From the NCBI GenBank assembly GCA_947303695.1, contig CAMYYX010000001.1, forward strand, positions 1 to 38,615: a stretch of DNA of 38,615 nucleotides, in the 5' to 3' direction. Below, one piece after another: positions 1 through 7,455 of this stretch (positions within the stretch are counted from its first letter, which is position 1; each line of letters begins with the position of its first letter). The DNA is from an uncultured Prevotellaceae bacterium (lineage in GTDB: Bacteria > Bacteroidota > Bacteroidia > Bacteroidales > Bacteroidaceae). The notes beneath the pieces were generated by a model. It ran no database searches. It saw only the letters and a program-made list of their open reading frames with translations, and had not been told where the DNA came from. Position numbers and translations under genes: made by a program.

Positions 1-865
1 AGAGCGAGAAACTGATACCTTTCGAGAGCATCTCGTCCATCCCGTCCACCATATCCTTAGCTGGACGGGTCTCATGACGTGCTCCCCACTTGTCGAACCA
101 ACCGCTCCAGAACTCTGAACACATCTTTGGTGCATCGGGACGAAGTTCGCCCAAACGGCGGAACTGGTCGTTGATGTTGGCTCCCGTTCCGAAATTCATC
201 GTCCATACGAGGTCGTCCAAACCATTCTGCTCGAAGTTACTGCTCCAGTCGCACTGGAAGAGTGCCATCTGGTTTCCATAGATGGAGCGGATTTCTGAGA
301 CGTAAGGCTTGTCTGTTCCATAAGAGCCATATTCGTTCTCCACCTGAATCATGATGATAGGACCTCCGTTCTGGATGGTGAGCGGCTTCAATTGTTCACC
401 CACTTTCTGTTCGAATATCTTCACGCGTTCCATGAAGTAAGGATCCCGTTCGCGCAACTTGATGTCCTTCTTCTTTAGCAGCCACCAGGGCAGACCGCCC
501 ATTTCCCACTCGGCACAGACATAGGGACCTGGACGTACGATGACGTAGAGGCCATTCTTCTGAGCCAATCGGCAGAACTCGGCTACATCGCTGTTGCCTG
601 TAAAGTCGAACTGTCCTTCCTGCTGTTCGTGGATGTTCCAGAAGATGTAGATACATACGGCATTCATGCCAAGTGCTTTACACATCTGGATGCGGTGCTC
701 CCAATAGGGACGTGGTATGCGCGGATAATGTACTTCAGCAGCCTTCACGATGAATGGCTTCCCATTTAGTAAGAACGTTCCCTTACCAGCTTCGAATGTC
801 CCTTTTTGTGCCCAAACCACACAAGTGGCGAGAGCTAAAACAAATGTCAATAGTAGTTTTTTCAT
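1..865 (-). CDS. GH35 family beta-galactosidase, N-terminal part (3' end lies outside the window)
   Basis: Absent from the ORF track because it is truncated by the window edge. My reverse-strand translation from the ATG at 865-863 gives MKKLLLTFVLALATCVVWAQ (signal peptide), then GKPFIVKAAEVHYPRIPRPYWEHRIQMCKALGMN. Further on it gives NGGPIIMIQVENEYGSYGTDKPY, which is the GH35 GGPIIxxQVENEYG acid/base-Glu signature. Confidence 0.85.
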   Translation of the reverse strand, partial: MKKLLLTFVLALATCVVWAQKGTFEAGKGTFLLNGKPFIVKAAEVHYPRIPRPYWEHRIQMCKALGMNAVCIYIFWNIHEQQEGQFDFTGNSDVAEFCRLAQKNGLYVIVRPGPYVCAEWEMGGLPWWLLKKKDIKLRERDPYFMERVKIFEQKVGEQLKPLTIQNGGPIIMIQVENEYGSYGTDKPYVSEIRSIYGNQMALFQCDWSSNFEQNGLDDLVWTMNFGTGANINDQFRRLGELRPDAPKMCSEFWSGWFDKWGARHETRPAKDMVDGMDEMLSKGISFSL

Positions 866-890
866 GTAGTTATGCTTATTCTCGTTATTT

Positions 891-2219
891 TTACAAATAT
901 AGCATTGCTATGTAATGAATGATAAACAGTACGGCTAACACACAGATTGTGATATTAAGTTTCTTGAATTTACCTGCGATCAGATTGACGAATACATAGA
1001 AAATCAATCCTATCATGATACCATCACTGATGCTATAAGCAAGTGGCATAAGCAGCATGGTGAAGAACGCGGGAATCGCCTCAGTGTACTCTTTCCAATT
1101 TATTTCAGTTATTGGTGAGCACATCATCACTCCTACAATTGCCAATACAGGGCCCGTAGCTTCTGATGGAACAGCAAGGAAGATTGGCGAGAAGAACAAA
1201 GCCAGCACGAAGCAAATTGCTATCGTGAACGAGGTGAGGCCTGTACGTCCGCCTTCTGCTACACCAGCTGAACTTTCCAAATAGGTTGTTGTTGTATTGG
1301 TTCCGAAGCATGCACCTGCTGTTGTGGCAATCGCGTCTGCCATGAATATCTTCGACAGGCCGTCTACCTTTCCTTCCTTGTCAATCATACCTGCTTTTAC
1401 ACTTACTCCCACAACGGTTCCCATCGTGTCGAATAAATCCATGAAAAGGAAGGTAAACACTACGATGAGCATATCAAAACTGAATACATCTTGCCAGTTG
1501 AACTGGCAGCAAATGGGTTCGATTGAAGGAGGAAGGTCAGCAAATCCGTCTATGTGAGTGATTCCCATAGGGATACCGAGAAGGGTTGTAATCAGAATGC
1601 CGAACAACATTCCGCCTTTCACCTTTTTCACAACGAAAGTACATGTGATGAATAATCCGATGATGGCCAAAATCACGTTGGGATTATTGAATTTACCCAA
1701 CGTAACTAATGTGGTCGCGTCACGAACCACGATGCCAGAGTTCTGCAAACCTATGAATGCGATGTAAAGTCCGATGCCGACCCCAATAGCCTGTTTCAAC
1801 CCCAACGGGAAAGCGTTAACGATGTATTCGCGCACATTCGTAGCAGAGATAATGATGAAGATGATGCCCTCAATCAGAATAGCTGTGAGTGCGAATTGCC
1901 ACGAATAGCCCATTCCGATACATACGCCGTAAACAAAGAAGACGTTCAGTCCCATACCGGGAGCCAATCCGAACGGTTTCTTGGCATAAATAGCCATCAT
2001 CAGGGTACCCACGATAGCAGCTAGAGCAGTCGCCGTGAACACTGCATCTACTGGCATTCCATATTCTTCTCCGAGTATATGGCCAATTTCGGCAAACATG
2101 GAGGGGTTGACTATCAAGATATATGCCATGGTCAGGAATGTCGTGATACCTGCTATGATTTCAGTCTTTACGCTATGCTTAGAAACATCAAAGCCAAATA
2201 AAGTTTTCAGTAGACTCAT
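891..2219 (-). CDS. NCS2 family nucleobase permease (AzgA/PbuG-like adenine/guanine/hypoxanthine transporter)
   Basis: Track ORF 891..2246 is a polytopic membrane protein of about 440 aa with the AzgA-type layout (MSLLKTLFGFD..., ...TTTTYLESSAGVAEGGRTGLTS...). I start it at the internal ATG at 2219 (MSLLKT...), which removes the overlap with the upstream gene. Confidence 0.85.
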   Translation of the reverse strand: MSLLKTLFGFDVSKHSVKTEIIAGITTFLTMAYILIVNPSMFAEIGHILGEEYGMPVDAVFTATALAAIVGTLMMAIYAKKPFGLAPGMGLNVFFVYGVCIGMGYSWQFALTAILIEGIIFIIISATNVREYIVNAFPLGLKQAIGVGIGLYIAFIGLQNSGIVVRDATTLVTLGKFNNPNVILAIIGLFITCTFVVKKVKGGMLFGILITTLLGIPMGITHIDGFADLPPSIEPICCQFNWQDVFSFDMLIVVFTFLFMDLFDTMGTVVGVSVKAGMIDKEGKVDGLSKIFMADAIATTAGACFGTNTTTTYLESSAGVAEGGRTGLTSFTIAICFVLALFFSPIFLAVPSEATGPVLAIVGVMMCSPITEINWKEYTEAIPAFFTMLLMPLAYSISDGIMIGLIFYVFVNLIAGKFKKLNITICVLAVLFIIHYIAMLYL

Positions 2220-2233
2220 CTTTCTATTTCGTT

Positions 2234-2965
2234 TTAAAAGTTCCACTTAATACCCAGGCAAGGATTGCACTTGAATCCATCGTAAGTGCCGAAGTCATTC
2301 GAAAACTCTACCTCACCACCGATGTTCAGATTCTCACAGCCGAAGTGACGACCTACGTTATACCAGATTTGAGGCTCAGTGATAAAGGTGGTCGACTTGG
2401 AAACCCATGCACCGTTATCTGTGCGTGCAGCATGGTCTTCCCACCAGAAATCGGCAAAGCCGGAGAAACTGAGTCCCTCAACACCAAACAGGTCGTTCAT
2501 GCCCCATACCACAGTGAACTGCATTGGGAGGTCGCTTTTCCCATGAGCGATGTTCTTGTTCAGTACTTCCAGTGTGAGTGTGTTCTTGAAGTCTGGACTG
2601 TGCATGAAGTAATTCACACCAAACAGCCATGCATTCTTAATCGAATAGCCGTTATAGACACCACCGTTGTACTCAACATGAAGGCTTAGTGGCGCGAATT
2701 TAGTGTTCTGCCAGAAGTTGAGTCCACGTGCAATCTCGAGATACGTACCGCAGGGCGCATCGTCTGCGCCGTCTTTCGTGCGGGTTTTGAAATCATGGTC
2801 GATAAAGAAGAACGTGTCACCCCATTTGTCCTGCTTGAACATCTCGAATGTGGTTGTAATCTGCTTACGATCTTTCCCAAAATCGTAGAATACTTGCAGA
2901 TTAGTTTGTGCCATTGCTCCCAAGGTCATCAAAGATGCAATAGCAAATGTTAAAACTTTTTTCAT
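2234..2965 (-). CDS. Secreted outer-membrane beta-barrel-like protein (Tsx-like / DUF5020-type), unknown substrate
   Basis: Started at MKKVLTFAIASLMTLGAMAQ (signal peptide; ATG at 2965). The protein is rich in aromatic/Gly alternating strands and ends in ...GIKWNF, a C-terminal Phe typical of OM barrels. It lies 14 nt upstream of the NCS2 permease on the same strand. The family name is from memory and was not searched. Confidence 0.6.
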   Translation of the reverse strand: MKKVLTFAIASLMTLGAMAQTNLQVFYDFGKDRKQITTTFEMFKQDKWGDTFFFIDHDFKTRTKDGADDAPCGTYLEIARGLNFWQNTKFAPLSLHVEYNGGVYNGYSIKNAWLFGVNYFMHSPDFKNTLTLEVLNKNIAHGKSDLPMQFTVVWGMNDLFGVEGLSFSGFADFWWEDHAARTDNGAWVSKSTTFITEPQIWYNVGRHFGCENLNIGGEVEFSNDFGTYDGFKCNPCLGIKWNF

Positions 2966-3013
2966 TTGGTAGTTGTTTAATAAGATGAATCGGACATTAT
3001 TAATTTCTACTTG

Positions 3014-3021
3014 CAAAAATA
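3014..3021 (-). promoter_or_regulatory. Candidate Bacteroidota -7 box (TATTTTTG on the minus strand) for the barrel/permease operon
   Basis: The + strand reads caaaaata, so the minus strand reads TATTTTTG and matches TAnnTTTG. It sits about 49 nt upstream of the ATG at 2965. Confidence 0.35.
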
Positions 3022-3116
3022 AGAATTATTTTGCTAACTTGTATCTTTTCGTTTAGATTTTTTTACAAAAAGGAAGAATTTTTTGTGTTTTGCTGTGAAA
3101 TATGAAAATAATATAG

Positions 3117-3124
3117 TATATTTG
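3117..3124 (+). promoter_or_regulatory. Candidate Bacteroidota -7 box TATATTTG for the uracil permease gene
   Basis: TATATTTG matches TAnnTTTG and lies about 25 nt upstream of the ATG at 3149, in the divergent intergenic region. Confidence 0.45.
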
Positions 3125-3148
3125 CATCCCGAATACATATCACAAATT

Positions 3149-4444
3149 ATGAGTAACGAACAATATTACCCAGCTATTCGGGATGCAAGTCAATTAGGCT
3201 ATCCTAAAACCTTTCTTCTCGGTGTCCAGCACTTGTTTGCCATGTTTGGCTCAACCGTCTTAGTTCCTGTCCTCACAGGCCTTTCGGTTTCTACCACACT
3301 GTTGTTTGCTGGTATCGGAACCCTGATATTCCATTTCATCACCAAACTGAAAGTACCGGCATTCCTCGGTTCGTCGTTTGCATTCATCGGCGGCTATCTG
3401 TCTGTGAAGGCTGCAGGAGCCGAATTGGGAATGACCGATGAAATGGCACTCGATTATGCCTCTATCGGTGTCTTCTTTGCCGGTCTCTTATATTTTGTGA
3501 TAGCAATGGTTGTCAAGATGTTTGGCGTGAACAAGATATTGCAGTTTTTCCCTCCAATCGTTACAGGTCCTATTGTGATTGCCATCGGATTGGTCCTCTC
3601 GGGTAAAGCCATTGAGAGCTGCAACGAGAACTGGTGGGTAGCGATGACAGCGTTGACCACTGTGCTCATTGCCAATATCTGGGGAAAAGGATTCCTGAAG
3701 ATTATTCCAATTATTTTGGGCGTGATAGGTTCATACGTGATGGCTGTATGTCTAGGCGATGTCGACTTCTCCTCTTTAGAGGAGGTTCCTTGGGTAGGAT
3801 TGCCGCTCAGTTACGAATCAACCGTCTTCTCCATTTTTGAGAATCCTGACTATACATTTATGGCGTCAACAATACTCGCAATTATGCCTATTGCAGTGGC
3901 CACAATTGTAGAACATGTTGGTGATATGTGTGCAATTTCTTCAACAACAAGAAGAGACTGCCTGAAAGAGCCAGGACTTCATCGCACCTTGACAGGTAAT
4001 GGTATTGCTACTGCTGTCGCAGCACTCTTTGGTGCACCAGCCAACACCACTTACGGTGAGAATACAGGAGTGTTGAATCTTACACGTGTGTACGACCCGA
4101 TGGTTATCCGTATCGCAGCCATCCTCGCCATCGTCATATCGTTCTGCCCTAAGTTCACCGAACTCATCCATCTCATGCCCGTAGCTACCGTTGGTGGAGT
4201 TTCACTCATCCTTTACGGAATGATTTCATCAGTAGGTGTACGTAATCTTGTTGAAGCAAAGGCCGACCTTTCACTCTCACGCAACTTCATTGTGGTTGCA
4301 AGCATCCTTGTATTAGCTATAGGCATTAAATACGGCCTCAACGACCAAGTTGATGTCTTTGGCATCAAGCTCTCCGGACTTGCTGTAGCCGCCATCGTAG
4401 GTGTCTTCTTGAATGCTATCTTTCCAAAGGAAAAGAAAGAATAA
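3149..4444 (+). CDS. uraA: Uracil/xanthine permease (NCS2/SLC23 family, UraA-like)
   Basis: Track ORF 3083..4444. I start it at MSNEQYYPAIRD (ATG 3149). It contains ...GVQHLFAMFGSTVLVP... and ...FGAPANTTYGENTGVLNLTRVYDP..., which closely resembles the UraA NTTYGENxGV block. Confidence 0.85.
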   Translation: MSNEQYYPAIRDASQLGYPKTFLLGVQHLFAMFGSTVLVPVLTGLSVSTTLLFAGIGTLIFHFITKLKVPAFLGSSFAFIGGYLSVKAAGAELGMTDEMALDYASIGVFFAGLLYFVIAMVVKMFGVNKILQFFPPIVTGPIVIAIGLVLSGKAIESCNENWWVAMTALTTVLIANIWGKGFLKIIPIILGVIGSYVMAVCLGDVDFSSLEEVPWVGLPLSYESTVFSIFENPDYTFMASTILAIMPIAVATIVEHVGDMCAISSTTRRDCLKEPGLHRTLTGNGIATAVAALFGAPANTTYGENTGVLNLTRVYDPMVIRIAAILAIVISFCPKFTELIHLMPVATVGGVSLILYGMISSVGVRNLVEAKADLSLSRNFIVVASILVLAIGIKYGLNDQVDVFGIKLSGLAVAAIVGVFLNAIFPKEKKE

Positions 4445-4484
4445 AAGGAGTAGGTAACTCCCATGTAGCTCCGAGGTGGCTCCC

Positions 4485-4533
4485 ACTGAGTTTCGGTAGA
4501 GTTTCGGTGTGCGAACTACTGAGTTTCGGTGTG
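4485..4533. repeat. Three imperfect direct copies of gagtttcggt(gtg) inside a 287-nt untranslated spacer
   Basis: The copies are actgagtttcggt (4485-4497), gagtttcggtgtg (4499-4511) and actgagtttcggtgtg (4518-4533). They are followed by the hairpin tatgtag-caa-ctacata (4539-4555). Confidence 0.8.
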
Positions 4534-4731
4534 GCGAGTATGTAGCAACTACATAGGGCCTATATGGTAAGATGCTGGGAAAAAGATATGAAACGAAGTA
4601 AATACCTTATTATAATATTATCAGTAAGGCAGAGTGTTAGCACTGATAATGGCTGCACGAAGGATGAGGCACAGAAAGGCTACACCATTATCTATAGGGA
4701 GGGGGAGAACTAAACAAAATATATTATCGCA

Positions 4732-5922
4732 ATGAAAAAGATGAAGAACTGGGTGATTGCTGCCACCCTTATCATTTGCAGCGCAAGCGTGATAACATCG
4801 TGTTCGAACGATGATTCTCCTGTGGTACCAACAGACGAGGTGGAGGCACAATTGCAGCAGATGACGCTGCGCGAAAAAGTGGGACAACTGTTCTATGTGC
4901 GTCCTGAGTGTCTTGATACCACCATTCATTTCAACCTGATCAGCACTATAGACAGCAGTGCAGACGACATCAAGAAAATTAAGTTGCAGGCTGTGAATGC
5001 CACGATGCTGGCAGTGAATGAGCAATATCCCGTAGGTGGCATTATTCTCTATGCCCACAACATTGAGGACGAGGCGCAGTTGGCGACCTTTATACCGCAA
5101 ATACGTGCCCTGAAAGGTTCTCCACTGCTTTGTATAGACGAAGAGGGCGGACGTGTAGCACGTATTGCTAACAACGAGAACTTCCATCAGAAGAAGTACG
5201 AGTCAATGGGCGCCATCGGTGCAACAGGCGACCCAACTAACGCTTACGAGTGTGGAAACACTATCGGTACCTATCTGAAGAACTATGGTTTCGATATTGA
5301 TTTTGCTCCAGTAGCCGACGTGAATACCAACCCGGAAAATATCGTCATCGGAGCCCGTGCTTTCAGTGACGATCCTGCGGTTGCAGCATCTATGGTGACT
5401 AACTATTTGCAAGGACTGAAGGATGCGGGCATTGTCGGTTGTATCAAGCATTTCCCAGGTCATGGAGACACCAAGGCCGATACCCATTACGGTTACGCCT
5501 CAACCCAGAAGACGTGGGCAGAGATGCTCAACTGTGAGATGTTAACATTCCGTGCAGGCATCAATTGGGGCTGCCAACTGATTATGACGGCTCATATCGC
5601 TGCACCCAATGTTACAGGTTCTGACATTCCTTCTACGATGTCATCCATCATCCTACAGGACAAGTTGCGTGGCGAACTTGGCTACCAGAACATCATCATC
5701 ACCGATGCTATGGAGATGGGGGCCATCACCAAGCAATACAACAATGCTGAAGCCGCTGTCGGTACATTCTTGGCTGGTGCAGACATCATTTTAGGTCCGC
5801 AGAATTTCGTTGAGGCCTTTGATGCTGTCGTTGCTGCTGTTGAGAACGGCACCATCAGCGAGGAACGCCTTGACCAGAGTGTGCGCCGTATATTGACTTT
5901 AAAAAGACAAAAGCGATTTTAA
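4732..5922 (+). CDS. GH3 family glycoside hydrolase, NagZ-like beta-N-acetylhexosaminidase; lipoprotein
   Basis: The signal MKKMKNWVIAATLIICSASVITSC has a lipobox Cys. GH3 N-terminal domain blocks are present: ...LLCIDEEGGRVARI..., ...FAPVADV..., ...IKHFPGHGDTKADTH..., ...IITDAMEMGAI... Confidence 0.85.
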   Translation: MKKMKNWVIAATLIICSASVITSCSNDDSPVVPTDEVEAQLQQMTLREKVGQLFYVRPECLDTTIHFNLISTIDSSADDIKKIKLQAVNATMLAVNEQYPVGGIILYAHNIEDEAQLATFIPQIRALKGSPLLCIDEEGGRVARIANNENFHQKKYESMGAIGATGDPTNAYECGNTIGTYLKNYGFDIDFAPVADVNTNPENIVIGARAFSDDPAVAASMVTNYLQGLKDAGIVGCIKHFPGHGDTKADTHYGYASTQKTWAEMLNCEMLTFRAGINWGCQLIMTAHIAAPNVTGSDIPSTMSSIILQDKLRGELGYQNIIITDAMEMGAITKQYNNAEAAVGTFLAGADIILGPQNFVEAFDAVVAAVENGTISEERLDQSVRRILTLKRQKRF

Positions 5923-5973
5923 TCTGGACACAATAGCATAATCCCAATTACATATGATGAATGTAAAATTTGA

Positions 5974-7197
5974 ATGCCGAAATTTAGTAACTTTACCAAG
6001 AAGTCTTGGTTGAGTGAACTGGGAATGGTGTTTATGAGTACGACTATCTCTATTGTGCTTACGTTTGGAACTGCTCATGTCATCGAACAATACGAGAAGA
6101 AGAAGGCAGGCCGTCAGATGGCCATTATGGTGATTCACGACATGGACAACACGGTGCAGGCATTCAGAAGGTATGCTCAGCAGGAGGAGTCGAATTATAA
6201 GATGGTACAGGATGTGATGATGCATATGGATTCTCTTTCTGCCATCAGCGAAGACACTCTGATGATGATGTTGCGTTTTTTGACGGTGTATAAAGATGAG
6301 ATATACATATTGGATGATTCGAGCGAGAAGATTTTCCTGAACAATCAGAATGCGTGGAGCAATATCAATAATGCTCAGTTCCTGGATGTGGTACAGTCTT
6401 TCTTCAGGGAACGACATGACCTGTATAAGACCATCAACAATGGAGCGCAATGGGTTCGACCTGTGCCATTGGATGATTTCGTCAAGAAACAGATGGAGAA
6501 TGAAGATTATAACCTCAACTCTTTGGATTATCTGAAGGAGTTGCTCTCAAGGGACAATGTGCGTTATTATCTGGCGATGTCATCCGGACGTCAGCTGGAG
6601 TTTAATGATATTGCAGACAAATGGCAATGTTGCAGCGATCAGTGTAAGTTCATGATGGACATAACGGACAAGGAACTGAAGGAATATGCTGAGAAAACCC
6701 TGCGGACAGGTAAGCCATTGAAAGAGCACAACCTTATTGGCGCATGGACTGGAACATCGAATTCGAACATACAAGAAACTATCGAGTTCAAGGATGACCA
6801 TACGCTTCATTATCTGTGTGTTGAACAGATGACATCACATTGTTTTTTTGGTCTTCTTCAACTTAAATATTCATACAATGGAGTGTGGACACTGAAGGGT
6901 GATTCTCTGATTATGAAATATGATCCGGGGATGGAATATGACGTTGATACAACAGGGATTAGCTACAAGCCCGATATGAAGGAGTCTTTGTCTAATGTGC
7001 TGGATGAAGTTGAGGAGGCGTTTAAACAAATGAAGAAAAAGAAGGCTGCAGAAGGTGTCCATACAGACGCCTATGCAGTGTCAATTGATACTTCGCTTGA
7101 CAAGATAGAAATGCGTAGTGAGGAAAAAGACGATGAAGGTATGATGCAGACGGTGTTCAAGTATCTGTTGAGAAAAAATGAAGAATCAGAAAAATAA
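5974..7197 (+). CDS. Hypothetical membrane-anchored protein (407 aa), no recognisable family
   Basis: A long ORF with one N-terminal TM helix (LGMVFMSTTISIVLTFGTAHVI) and a Lys/Glu-rich C-terminal tail. Its composition matches the neighbouring genes. I recognise no catalytic motif. Confidence 0.6.
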   Translation: MPKFSNFTKKSWLSELGMVFMSTTISIVLTFGTAHVIEQYEKKKAGRQMAIMVIHDMDNTVQAFRRYAQQEESNYKMVQDVMMHMDSLSAISEDTLMMMLRFLTVYKDEIYILDDSSEKIFLNNQNAWSNINNAQFLDVVQSFFRERHDLYKTINNGAQWVRPVPLDDFVKKQMENEDYNLNSLDYLKELLSRDNVRYYLAMSSGRQLEFNDIADKWQCCSDQCKFMMDITDKELKEYAEKTLRTGKPLKEHNLIGAWTGTSNSNIQETIEFKDDHTLHYLCVEQMTSHCFFGLLQLKYSYNGVWTLKGDSLIMKYDPGMEYDVDTTGISYKPDMKESLSNVLDEVEEAFKQMKKKKAAEGVHTDAYAVSIDTSLDKIEMRSEEKDDEGMMQTVFKYLLRKNEESEK

Positions 7198-7455
7198 TTA
7201 GGTGTTTGCAAAATAAAAGTGAATGTTTTGCGTTATATAGGTAAAAGCATATCTCACGAATTCACAATTCATCATTCATATTGAACATTGCTGCCTATGA
7301 GAGATTTTACACAAGACACTGATTTTGATTCTTTACAACTTGACGGAATGGCACCCATGCATGCCAGCGAGGAAACTCTCAGTTTCATTCGTATGTTTGC
7401 TCAATCTTATCAAGCTCATATTTATTAGGGAGATAATAGGGAGATATTAAGTCAG

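Noticed and set aside
90-656. Track ORFs 90..281 (+) and 396..656 (-)
   Set aside because: Both lie inside the GH35 coding region (minus strand, a different frame), which has a clear family signature. Their translations are Arg/Ser-rich.
2966-3148. Purine or other riboswitch in the divergent region between the nucleobase transporter genes
   Set aside because: The region is AT-rich and has promoter-like boxes, but I could not find the conserved purine-riboswitch core or any convincing multi-stem junction.
4485-4555. Possible tRNA or other classical RNA gene, suggested by ...tttcggtagag...
   Set aside because: I could not fold a cloverleaf and there is no GTTCGAATC-type T-loop or matching acceptor stem. 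I kept it only as a repeat or structured spacer.
4621-6450. Minus-strand ORFs 4621..5187 (188 aa) and 5899..6450 (183 aa)
   Set aside because: They overlap the well-supported GH3 gene and the 407-aa gene on the opposite strand. They are His-rich and low-complexity and carry no signal or motif.
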